A DNA stretch of 64,000 bases from Magallana gigas. Lineage: Eukaryota. Where the stretch lies: contig NC_088855.1 of assembly GCF_963853765.1 (NCBI RefSeq), positions 19,530,001-19,594,000 on the forward strand. Direction: 5' to 3'. Of the stretch, positions 52,440-64,000 are shown in pieces. Position 1 is the first letter of the stretch, and each line of letters begins with the position of its first letter. The notes under the pieces are model-generated. The model did no database searches and had not been told where the DNA came from. It worked only from the letters and a program-made list of their open reading frames with translations. The translations under genes were made by a program, and so were the position numbers.

Positions 52440-54110
52440 GGTACCGGTATATTTTGTTCACGGAGAAGTCCTGGTCTTTTTTCAGTAAACTGTCTCAGGC
52501 TTTGATCCTTGGTATCACAGCTGATAAAAGTCCATCAGCCATCTTCTCTTTTCCTTGTCCAGTTAAAGAAGGAATCTTTGGAAACTTCCAGTAAGAATTC
52601 TGCTGTATCCCTCCACTCTGGTTCTGATACAGTCCCTGAATGTTGTTGTAGGACGAATTCACCGGGCGTAATTAGCCAGCTTGGTTTAATTGGTCTTAGT
52701 CCTCCTTGACCTACGATTACAAGATCAATTTATTCAAAAGTGGCATGCTGATATAAATAATTCATCAAAAGGAGTAATGTATAAAATCTTTAAAACAAAT
52801 TTTGGATATGAAAAATATTTAGATATTTTACCCCTGAAATTCAAAAAAATTCTTGGTAAATATCGTACTTCAAATCACCATCTACCAGTTGAACTGGGAA
52901 GATGGAAGGGTATCCCATTAAATGAAAGATTTTGTCCTCTCTGTAACACAAAACGTATAGCCGATGAATTTCATTATATTTTAGAATGTGATGGATATTT
53001 CAAGTCCGGAACAAGTTTATAGACAAAAAAATTTCGGCTAGACCAAATGTGTTAAAATTTTCGTATCTTATGACAACATGTAATATGAAATTGTTGAGAA
53101 AATTGTGTATATTTATAACAAAGATATACGAGGTAGTCTGTTCCCATGAGTTTCATTTTGTATAACTTTTCCTAACTCTCTAACCCTTATATTTATATAT
53201 GTTTACCTCTGACCAATTTATAATTTATATGTATAGTTTAATGTCATTTTTTGTCCTCATGTACCATATGTTTAAAATGGTTTTGAGCGAATAAATGAAC
53301 TGAACTGGACTGAACGAGTTTCTTGTTCTAGTTCAATGTCCTCTTGAACGTCTGCTTCGGCACTAACATGTACCGATGTAAAGGTAAAGCGTCTGCATCT
53401 TTGATGGTTCTTGAATTAAGTTATCTGTAATCTACACAAATGCGAAGTTCTCCATTTGTCTTTCTGCAAAGTACAACATTACTTGTCCAAGGGGATTCCG
53501 AGCGCCTGATAATTCCAGCAGCTTATAGTTGTTGATTTTAAAAAGATGGTTTCTTTCTTCCTGGAACATCGATGGGGGTATTCTGCGGTGTCGCTGTTTA
53601 AAAGGAGTATCGTCATCTCGGTTCATTTTGTGTTTCACTTTATTGTTATGACCAATATTTGTATCGCTGGTGGAAAGAATGTCTCTGTTCTATTCTATTA
53701 TGTTGTCAACTTGCTGTTGTTGACAATTTGTCAAATTCGTGGTTGATATTTTAATTAAGTTCATGATATCATCGAAATTCTCTCCGAAAATAGGTTTTGG
53801 TATTTCTTCTTCAATGACAGGTTGTATTTCACACAGCAGTGTTTTGGGTGGGATTTTTACCGTTGTTGTTGTTACGTTGCTGATCTTAACTTTTACGTTG
53901 TTGTTGTTGTTTTGGTATTTGTAGGAAACAAAGGATGGTGATATATCCAGGTCTTGTGGAATGACTGATTTGTGAGTATTCTTTAGAAATGCACATACAT
54001 GGATGATAAGGAACTTCTTGATCAATGTAGCCATTGATGTTCATTTCGCTGTTAGGTGGTATGATGGTGTTGTCGATTTCAGCTGAGTTCACCACTCATA
54101 GTCTGTTTGA
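52440..54110 (-). mobile_element. Deleted, degenerate Gypsy/Ty3 LTR-retrotransposon pol remnant
   Basis: Fragments ...VKISNVTTTTVKIPPKTLLCEIQPV, DDTPFKQRHRRIPPSMFQE.RNHL, and an RT-start-like segment (nucleotides matching SPW...RKKDGKLR). It then jumps to a C-terminal-like KPSWLITPGEFVL. Frameshifted and internally deleted. Confidence 0.75.
52711..53315 (+). mobile_element. 5'-truncated LINE (CR1/L2-like) inserted in the Gypsy remnant
   Basis: ORF2 C-terminus QDQFIQKW...KYRTSNHHLPVELGRW...ERFCPLCN...DEFHYILEC, then aataaa and a (TGAAC)n tail. Removing it restores the Gypsy frame CAAGAAACTCGTCAAGG. Confidence 0.85.
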
Positions 54111-54514
54111 AGTGATTTAAATGCATTCGTTGTACATGTTAAAATTATCCAATACAAAAAAGATTTATTCAACTGATAGAATAAAGATGCATTTATATAT
54201 GATAACAATGAATTTTTTATATACCGAGCGAGAATAATGTGTGATCTTCCAGTTGCGTCAAGCGAAAAAGGACTTTTTTCGCATAATTTTGAAAAATGAG
54301 TTTTTATTGTTTTTGAAATGTTTTAATACAGTATGTCCCTGTGAGAGCTTGATATCAGTATTTGCAACAAATTCTTCTCATAACCACAGGTAAAACTAAA
54401 ACTAATTTTAAAGTATGCTTTAAATGTAAGATAAGGTAATAAAAATGATATAACGTCATGAATTTATAGCGTCAATGAGTGTTTGTAACGTTAACGTCAT
54501 TAGCAAAAATAGTA

Positions 54515-54870
54515 TGTACTAGATTTTGACCCGTGCGTGCACGGGTTGACATAGCATATGATATCGGACAATAACAAAATAGATACATCGACACACCGTA
54601 TATTGTTGACATTTGCATTACCAAGCTTTAAGCCTACAATAATGCTATTAATTTCACTACACTCTGCTGAGTTTGAATAATCTAACTGTGTTTGGGGAAA
54701 GCCCTTCACCACAGTTAAAATGCCTCCCATATACCCGTAATGTAGCAGAAAATTTCAGAATCGCCCCAAAACGATTTTGGAGAAAATTAATTAAGTTGCA
54801 TTGAAAATAACAGTCAAATTGTTCATAACAAATCATTTTGAAGCTGTACATATAAATACTTTTCTTCGAA
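54515..54870 (+). mobile_element. Probable Helitron/Helentron-type non-autonomous element 5' end
   Basis: actagattttgacccgtgcgtgcacgggtt start with a short palindrome. The extent is uncertain. Confidence 0.4.
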
Positions 54871-55121
54871 AAATTTAATTCTACATTTCTTCAACAACGC
54901 TTTTTACACACCATGTTGACATTTGAATTTTTTTCTCGGGATTTTCTATTAATAGTAAATGCACTGTGTTAGAGTTTTTTATATTTTTATTTTCTTTGAT
55001 GAACAGAAAAAAAAATGCCAATGAAAATTTACACGCATTTCTTTTATCGTCTCTAAGTTTATCCATGCAAATGTATGGAACGCCTCAACTGCCTCATGTA
55101 GGTAATCTTCATAATATGATG

Positions 55122-55450
55122 ATACTCCAACATTACATGATGGTACTTCAACATTACATGATGGTACTTTAACATTACGTGCTGATACTTCAACATTACA
55201 TGCTGATACTTTAACATTACATGATGGTACTTTAACATTACGTGCTGATACTTCAACATTACATGATGGTACTTTAACATTACATGCTGATACTTCAACA
55301 TTACGTGATGGTACTTTAACATTACGTGATGGTACTTTAACATTACGTGCTGATACTTTAACATTACATGCTGATACTTTAACATTACATGATGGTACTT
55401 TAACATTACGTGCTGATAGTTCAACATTACATGCTGATACTTCATTATAT
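55122..55450 (-). repeat. 21-bp minisatellite, about 15 units (left arm)
   Basis: Unit catgtaatgttaaagtatcag / catgtaatgttaaagtaccat on the minus strand. Confidence 0.95.
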
Positions 55451-56724
55451 GATGGTACTTCACTATGCAGTGGTTCTAAAAATAGGGAAGTTTTAACATT
55501 GGGCTGTTTCTCTGTTTCAGAGAATGATCATTTTGGACTAAGGTCCACTGAGACTAGTTTGGATCATGTCAAAAAGCTGGAACTACAAATAATAAAAAAC
55601 AGGATTCTGCTTAAAAAATATACTTTATTGAAAAACTGTAGATACTCAGATTATGAAAACCACTGGCAAACAATTTGTGAGAAATTATAACAAGTTTTAT
55701 GACATATGTGATTGCTTAAACTATTCTCTCTTTTTTTTTAAATTATATTGACTTGCATGTGAACAAATATTTTGATACATGTACCCCCTTTTCTATTGTA
55801 TTTTTTTTTTTATCTTCTATATCTCCCCTTTTCTCTTCATTTACTGCTAATTTTTTAAAATCTATATATATTTTTTTTTGCAAGAAAACACGTTTTCACA
55901 CTACACGGATAATCTATTTCCTTTAGATTAATAAGATATTACAATATGTAGAATCTTGAAATGTATGAAATATGTCTGAAATATGTTTGTATGTGGATTT
56001 ATGTGTGAACAAAAAAAAAAGCTGGAACTGAAGAAGTACACAATACACTACAGCTCATGAGAGAGGATCTCTACTGAATAAAAATATTGTCGAAACATAC
56101 GATTTGTTTTGGTGCAATGTATTTAGGCAAACGACAACCACACATGCAACTTATAAGATCATGCAAAGGATAAAGCATTGCATTGCTGTTGAATCTGATT
56201 TTAGCAGTAACTGTACTGTTGAACAAATCAGTGCTTTCATTGCCCACTCTTTCACGTGGATCTCCAGGAAGAACCCATTAATCCCCATAAGTCCAATCTA
56301 CATGTAACATGAATGACAGAAGTATTTGTTTTTTGGTGCTTTTAAAAATAAATTAGCTGTTCTCTCTGACTAAGCGCCAAAAGATTGGGTTATGAATGCA
56401 CATTTTTAGACCAAAATTCCCTGAAGGACTTTTGGTACCCCCTGATTTTTATGCGCTGAGCCCCAATGAACTCACAATGCAGCCATTCTTTAAAATTTAA
56501 AATGACCCATTTAAAAGACAACACTTAATCAAATAGTAGCATGTGTTGAGTAAGTCTTAGTGGACCTTAGTCCAATCTGATCAATCTCTGAAACAGAGAA
56601 ACAGCCCAGTGTTAAAAACTTTACAGGCATCCACGTGTTCTGAGTTTTAGCGTATTTCGTTCCCTAGGCGACGCTTCCCTAACCCTATTTTTAGAACTAC
56701 CGCATAGTGAAGTACCAACTGTAC

Positions 56725-57025
56725 CATCATATAATGAAGTATCAGCATGTAATGTTAAAGTACCATCATGTAATGTTAAAGTATCAGCATGTAATGTTGA
56801 AGTATCAGCACGTAATGTTAAAGTACCATCATGTAATGTTAAAGTATCAGCATGTAATGTTGAAGTATCAGCATGTAATGTTGAAGTATCAGCATGTAAT
56901 GTTAAAGTACCATCATGTAATGTTAAAGTATCAGCATGTAATGTTGAAGTATCAGCACGTAATGTTAAAGTACCATCATGTAATGTTAAAGTATCAGCAT
57001 GTAATGTTGAAGTATCATCATATTA
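56725..57025 (+). repeat. 21-bp minisatellite, about 13 units (right arm)
   Basis: The same unit on the plus strand. Confidence 0.95.
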
Positions 57026-57553
57026 TGAAGATTATCTGCATAAGGCAGTTGGGGCGTTCCATACTAATGTGATATTGTGGAAACATAAAATGAAGAGCCT
57101 CCCGTGATTTAGCTTGAATGTAATGCGCATGCGCAAGATTGTAAAATCTAAAAATTTCAGATGATTTCAGGAATGTTTTGAGGAATTTTCGTTGATTATT
57201 AATCATCGAAGCTTGATTGAGAAAAATTAAAAACAAATTGGTAATCTTCAAGTATCAATGATGTTTAGAATATATAAAACAAAAGAGAGTACGCTTTCGA
57301 TTTATCGGTATTAAAGCCCAAAAATTCGAGTCTATTAGTTTAATATAGTAGTATAGATGTATTACCAAATTAAATTAATTTTTCTATAAATGTTAAAACA
57401 AATTATTCAGATTGTGTAGTGACTATAATATCTTGTTTTTGATGATTTAGGATTTTATCAGAATAGTTGTCGTCTATTCTATACCAAGCCGTGATTACGG
57501 CTCTGACTGAATCCTTTTAATAATGGTTATCCCAAACCCTGATAACGCCACTC

Positions 57554-57770
57554 TGGCCCCTGGATCATGAAGCAATCTTAGACTTAAGTCAAAATGTGTA
57601 CATTGTCTTTCTCAATGTTTCTTAATAAAAACACTGACAAAATTGAAATACTATTGAAAGTGTCTTGAAATAACATTGTTAATTACAAGTCATAATCGCC
57701 ATAAACAATCATTTTATGACTGACTAAAATTTTGACTTAAGTCTGAAATTGCTTCATGATCTTGGGACCA
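57554..57770. mobile_element. MITE with ~40-bp imperfect TIRs
   Basis: tggcccctggatcatgaagcaatcttagacttaagtcaaaat versus attttgacttaagtctgaaattgcttcatgatcttgggacca. Confidence 0.75.
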
Positions 57771-58244
57771 AATATCTAGGTCTACTGAACTGACCGCTCG
57801 GTCCCTGACTTAAAATTGGAAATATTCAATTTAAAACTAATTACATCGACATAATTTGATAATTTGGAGCGGAAATATACATGTTAAAATTCCTTATAAC
57901 TAATAAAATGAACTTTCAAGATTGGAGGTTTGTTTTCCGAAGTTGAGATCAAATGTGAAATATGATCAAGTATGTTCTACATCCTCAAAACGATAATTTG
58001 CATGCATATGACACAGATAAGAAGTTAAGATTTTAAATAAGTAGTTTGGTCACTAAGCAGTTATTGGTAGCACTGTCATGTTTGATAGCCTATTTTGCTT
58101 AGTCAGTATATGGTGGTTAGTAATCCAAAAATCAATCAAAAAATCAGTTCCAAGGAAGGAAGTCTTTAAATGTTGTTAGAAAAAGGAAGTGACCATTCTC
58201 ACATAAAACTAGCAGGCTGAATAAGAGATTGAATACCTTAAAAC

Positions 58245-58802
58245 ATGGGATGCTGTGTCTCCACAAAAATCAGTCCTGTGGAGAACATTGAACGGGAAGA
58301 TGAAGGGTCCAAAACGGGAGAACAGTTATCGAACGAAGATTTCGGAGAGAATGACAATAACCAAATTAAAAAGGAAACGCAACTTGTTGAATATGAAACT
58401 TCACGGAGAAATGAGGGTCTTCTGGGCTATAATTCTTCAAGTACATCATCAGATTTAGTGGCAAAAACAGAAGAAGGTGGTCTCCGAAACCATGACAGAG
58501 AAAGAACGGGGAGCATCGATCATGGTTAGAAAAGACTAATAAATGGTAAATTCAATGATTTATTAAAAGTCTTAAGTTATGATGCCATGTCTTTCCTATC
58601 TTCATTTATAGATAAATATCTTCAGAGTGACTTCGACATGTATCAGACTTTCAATCGAAGTACTGAAAGTAGGCTTGAACTACTGGCAAATGAGACTACA
58701 GAAAGAGAAGAAATTGGTGAAGACAATTTATTCGGCAGTTTTGGCGACTCAAAAGAAATTAGTAAAGAAGATGTACTGTCTGAGATTGTATCAATGAAGA
58801 AA

Positions 58803-58834
<32 letters not shown>

Positions 58835-61800
58835 CCAAACTCTAAATGAAGCACAACAAGAAGAACCCTTGACTTATAAGGAGGAGATTTCAAATGATTC
58901 ATTAAGTGCATCATCGGATTTGGTGTCAAAAACAGAAAATAACTCTGACACTGAAAATGAAAAAAAAATTGAACATGGTAAGATAAGCGCACAAATGATA
59001 TAGAAAATGTCACTTTTGATCAGAATAATTTATATATTTTATTCTTGTATACATATACATTGTATATATTATTGAAATTAGATGAGGAAAATAACGATTC
59101 TACCAACGAATTTCCGAGTACCGACCTAAATAGTCCCTATATACTGGAGAATGAAACTGCGACACAACAAAAAGAGGACAAATTTGAGGATTTTTTCAAC
59201 ACTTCAGACAATTTCAGAGAAAATAGCGTAGATGACAAAATATCCAATGGAATTACTTTAGAAAAAAAGGAGGATTTCACCGCAATTGATCAACATGCAC
59301 TTTCGGTTTTTAATTTTTACATTGTTTTTATCAATCATGTTATTCTGTTTATTCAAGTCAATAAGTTTTGCCTTCTTACAAGATGCGAGATATTAAAAAA
59401 ACATTTTGTTGGTTTTAGGCACCCGAAGAAGTGAAAGCGTCCATCAGTACACTAGCTAACTATTTGCTTAAACCAGCCAATTCTGACTCGGAGAAAGCTC
59501 GTGTAATCTATATGTGGATAATAAATAACATAAGGTTGATATTTTTATCTTTAAAATCAATATAATAACAAGTACCTCGATGTCAGGTTATTGAAAAATA
59601 ATTATTCCAGGTAAATATCCCCGAGCCTTCGCGAGGGGATAGAAAACACAAGTTTGATAAAAGGAACTCAGAAGCGATTCTTTTTATCGCACGTTTTACC
59701 ACATTTATTGTATTTTTACAATATACTTATATTTACATTTGCATATTCTTTTCCTTATATGAACATATAGAATAGCCAAAATGTTCAATTCTGTATATTT
59801 ACATTTCGTTGAGTTATAAGCGAATTACAGAGCTTACAATTCTTTGCTATGTAAACAAAACGTTTGTTTACATTTTGAATGCTGAAGTGAAAATTCCAGT
59901 TTTAGACCAAAAATGAATGTGTTAAACGCTAGGAACAGTTTATCTATGGTTAAAATGAATAAAAAAATAGACAAATCAGCTTAAAAAATATTTTTAACTG
60001 GTATATTGAACCTATGTAAACAAATACAGGGCACGAGCCTTGTTTACATGACAAAGAATTGTGAGCTCTGTATCTTTCTTATAACTCCATAAATGACTCT
60101 CAAATTTCATTTGATCATTAAGAATGCATTTGTAAAGCATTGTAAATAATAAAATCAGAAAATTAGAATTTGGCCATATTCGTGACCATGCCTCTTTAAG
60201 GAGATTAAAATACATGTAATGGGTGTATAGTCAAAAAAAAAAAAAAGCCACAACCATCGAGCACACTCATAAAATGTCATCAACTTTTTCATATGGCTCT
60301 GACAAGCTAGTTTTGGCAATCTTTACACTTAATTATTGGATTATACTTGAGTACGCTTTTGTTGGTAGATATGACACAGAAGGTTTCTTTAATGGCCAGT
60401 ATGGAGGAACTGATGATGAATCTGTGCTTCAGTCGGGAACATCGGTCTGTGGTGGATACGCTAATTTGTTCGAAGCATTATGCACGCAAGTATTTGAATA
60501 TTTTCCTCAATTTTGTGTGATCGCGCTAAATTTACTACCGTTAGCAAAGTGCAACATAAGATTGGATAAAAAATGGTTCAAAGAATGGCCTTAGCTTAAT
60601 CAAAAACTAATTATATATAAAGTTTGAGTGCTCCAAAACGTTTTTTTTTATCCCTATGACGAGATACTCAACATGGTTATATTTGTCATTTTTACTTAAA
60701 AAAAAAGATTTTGAGAATAACTTATTCACTTTTGTCTTCATTTAACTTAAATATTATTGTGATGTCCTCTTTATTCATGATGGAATTCTTTTATTATTTT
60801 TTTTTTATCGTATTTCGTTGTTGAACTTTAACCAAAATCAAATATTCATAGAACTAATAATTTATGTAAAACTGAGTAGATAATGACAATTATCCACAAA
60901 GTTACATGTCTTCAAAAATGTATTGTTTTAGATTCATAAATTTTTTGTGTATATTAAGGTATGGGTAAAACCTTATATATAATTAAGAAACTGTATTTCC
61001 TTTATTTTGGCTGATAAATCAACTTGCTAATTACATGCAAAGTAATTAAAGAAAAATGGAGTTAACTATTTAGTAATCATTCTTAACTATTGTTGCAGAA
61101 TTGCTGGTCTTCCTGTGAAAAATATTTCTGGTTTCTCTAAAGCATTTGGATATTCACCAGAAGATCATTTTACACCATTGACAAAAACGGATCATGCATG
61201 GAACGCTGTTCGCATTGACGGACATTGGCGTTTTGTTGAGTGTACTTGGGGTGCTGGTTTTTTGGACCAAAACAACTCATTTCAGAAAAAACTCGAGCCC
61301 TTTTATTTCTTTACCGAACCGAAACACTTTATAAATGCCCATTTTCCTTGGAAATCTGACGAAGAAGGGTTTTCCAAATTATGGCAGCTCCTTGATAATC
61401 CAATTTCACTTGATACTTACAACAAGGCACTGAAGCTAGAACACAGTGCACTGATTTGGAATGTATTTCCATTGACGCATAAAGAGAGCATAGTAGAGGC
61501 TCATGAAGAAATTGTTATCGAAATTGGAGACAAAGACGAGGTTCTTTGCGGTACAGTTTCTAGGTTATATAACATGAAAACTGGACTGTTTTGCAATGAA
61601 TTTATTTTTTTGCGTCAGGAAAGATCTGGGGTATTTTCGATTTCTATTAGACCTCCTTCAAATGGGAAATATAAGTTAACTATTTATGGACAAGTTGATA
61701 GGAGTGAGGAAAAGTATGAACTATTGATGACTTATCTCATCAGATTTTCAAATGTTTCAAAAACGCTAAGTGCATACCCGCAAAACAATGGACAGATGTG

Positions 61801-62473
61801 GGGAATGAATCTTACGGCGTTTGACAATGGATTTCTAAAGACTGAACAGAACCGAGTTCCAATTAAAAATGTAAGTGGGGATGGATTCGTGGATAAAACA
61901 TTTGCCACAACTCGAAGTGTACCTACGGTTGCGAGAATCATACCTGCAACTAAAACGCTCTCTCTGAAGGAAGAAAAATATTGTTTGGTGACAGTCACAC
62001 AGACCACCTTGAATATAAAAGCGTGTTTTCCTGATATTGACCTTTACAAATTAGAACTGATGTGTAAAGAAGTTGATGAGAATGGTGTGTATTACAACAT
62101 GGCTTGTGAAAAAGTTAATAAGGATAATAAGTATCCAAGGATGGCTTGCTTTCTTATCGAGTGCACAAAACCAGCGGACCCATGTCTAGGTTACCCTACA
62201 GCGTTTCCCGAAGCTGTCACATTTTGCTGCAAATTGATAGAACCTCTATCAGCCCAGTTACCGGCAAATACAGCAGTCACCTGTCGGTTTCGGTCTCCTC
62301 TTGTCGTGAAGGCAATGGTTTCTTACATGGATACGGAAATGACACAAGATGGAGATGAATGGTCATGCACTGTTACAACACCTAGCTCCGGCATAAATTT
62401 CGTAATTTGTGGAGATGTAGATGACGCATCTTCGAATTCTTTCTGCGGACTTTTTCAATATGACATAATATAA
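58245..62473 (+). CDS. Kyphoscoliosis peptidase (KY)-like transglutaminase/cysteine-protease-fold protein
   Basis: Exons 58245-58524, 58612-58977, 59082-59305, 59419-59534, 60369-60485, 61099-62473. Motifs EKARVIYMWI..NIRYD, GTSVCGGYANLFEALC, ISGFSKA, DHAWNAV, FVECTWGAG and FYFFTEPKHFI..HFP. It has an acidic low-complexity N-terminus starting MGCCVS and beta-rich C-terminal domains. Orthology to vertebrate KY is not established. Confidence 0.9.
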
Positions 62474-64000
62474 AGTCAAGCAGCAGAATATGTGTAACTT
62501 TTAAATTATTGGTATATCTGTATACTGTGTAAATGGTGAAGTTAAGAAATTGGCTCTATGTGAGCACACATACCTGTATATATGCATGTACAATGTAAGA
62601 TTTAATTTATTGATTCATTTATAATTTCTTCATATATTTAATGTTTTAATGTCCTACCGAGATGCTTTTTGCGCATTTTTATCGGATTAAGTCGTAACAT
62701 ACTTACTGAAAATTGATTAATACATTGTACTTCGTTCCTGTTACTTAGCGGAGTGGCATACCTTTCGTCTTGTTATATTCAGGTTCGGGTCATTTTACAT
62801 TATTTTATTATTTGCCTTTAATTTGGAAATAGACAGGTTGTTTACATGCCATTAAAAAATTTCTATCAAAGGAAAGTCACCAACCCCGTGGCTCTAGACC
62901 GCGGGGTGGGAGGGGGCTGTCCTCCAGCACTTTTGCAGAAGATCAGCAATAAAAAATACCTTGCCATCTCAACTACTGCCAGAATTAAGAGTGTAATAAA
63001 AATTGTACCAGAATCGAACATTTATACAAAGTCCTTAAGTAGTGAACTGTAAAGGCTAGGCTTTGTTTGATGTGCTTTTAAGTGTTGTTATTTTAAAATG
63101 TTGTTGGTCACAGTTTCATTTCATTAAGATTTCTCGTAATGGGTGAACATGTCTGATTACTTGCTGTGGACACTTTTGTAAAAGCTCTTTATGAGTAAAG
63201 GAATGTTTTTGTGACATCCATTTCATAACAGGAACAGTTACTGTAGTTTATTGTTAAAACGCTATTCTCCGATGATATTAACTTAGATTGATGATTCAGA
63301 ATTTGTTCAAAGTTTATTTTCCAATTTGTCGTAAGAAATCTTTCTATAAAATTTATGGGCGTGTACTAAATAAAAAGTTTCAAATACCTCGGTATATTTA
63401 TGAAAAACTTGCTTTCATAATCGGAGGGATCTTGATCATAAGTTATTATTGATTCTATCTTTACCAAACTTGGATTGATGATGCATCTCCTGATACCGAT
63501 GTTCTTGATGGTTTTGGATGCTGAATCTGAGCCATAGGTTTCGGATGGCGGAAAGGTTGAGGTTTTAGGAGCAGGTCACACGTTCAGGTGAAAAATGACC
63601 CCTTTCTTGGTTGCTTAACTGTATAAATGAATCAAAACTTCAATTGTGTTAGGATATTCACAGGGACATCTTGTCCGCTCTGCTCTTTGTGGCATCCTTG
63701 TGTATTATTTATATATGTATGTCTCAGAGACCAGAGCAGAAAAGATGAACGGTGAATTAAATCCAGTGTTGTTGAAAAAAAATCCACGAAAAAGAAATAA
63801 GACTGTCAAAAAATTATACACAAAATTACTAGTATGAAGTTGTGATTTCACTTTGATTCTTATGAGAAAATCCCCCGAAAAAAATATTTCATAAACATGT
63901 GTGTATATAGGCGAGCTTTGCAATTAATTTACATTTATGCAATCGAAAATGTGCATGTAGACTGTAGATTTAGCAGGTTGAGGGGGGGGGGGGTAATTTT

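Larger units (their letters stand above)
55073..57064. mobile_element. ~2-kb foldback element with ~500-bp inverted arms containing 21-bp minisatellite arrays
   Basis: Left arm 55073 to about 55560, right arm about 56545-57064, reverse-complementary (termini gtatggaacgcc...ggcgttccatac; inner gggctgtttctctgtttcagag / ctctgaaacagagaaacagccc). The loop is about 1 kb. Confidence 0.85.

Noticed and set aside
55059-55463. 134-aa and 121-aa (56707-57072) ORFs of repeated MLKYQHV/MLKYHHV
   Set aside because: They are the stop-free frame of a 21-bp minisatellite inside transposon-like inverted arms. There is no signal peptide, splice context or other evidence for a protein.
62850-63610. Repeat-like segment with the short palindrome accccgtggctctagaccgcggggt
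   Set aside because: It is probably another non-autonomous element, but its ends and TSD could not be defined.

Overview
This is AT-rich eukaryotic genomic DNA with GT-AG introns, not prokaryotic. The 166-bp Cg170-like satellite and the Helentron-type non-autonomous repeats point to an oyster (Crassostrea/Magallana), which is an inference. Genes reconstructed by hand from splice sites and reading phase: the 3' part of mitochondrial D-lactate dehydrogenase LDHD (+, 18-5126); an intronless secreted His-brace/LPMO-like protein (-, 10591-11046); a secreted single laminin-G-domain protein (-, 12545-18432); anamorsin CIAPIN1 (-, 21157-27763) head-to-head with TPX2 (+, 29915-36484); a tandemly duplicated orphan helical-repeat gene (copy A 38705-41934 intact, copy B 47206-50945 with one nonsense codon); a transposon-rich interval (51200-57800); and a KY-like transglutaminase/peptidase (+, 58245-62473). 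Top observations: (1) LDHD has two duplicated catalytic-site exons only 26 nt apart, so splicing must choose one and give two active-site isoforms; (2) a minimal secreted histidine-brace protein in a mollusc; (3) a duplicated 171-nt exon in TPX2; (4) an orphan protein built from exon-bounded VHxEL repeats whose two copies are damaged in complementary ways; (5) a 2-kb foldback element with 21-bp minisatellite arms. All family calls come from motif recognition, without database searches.
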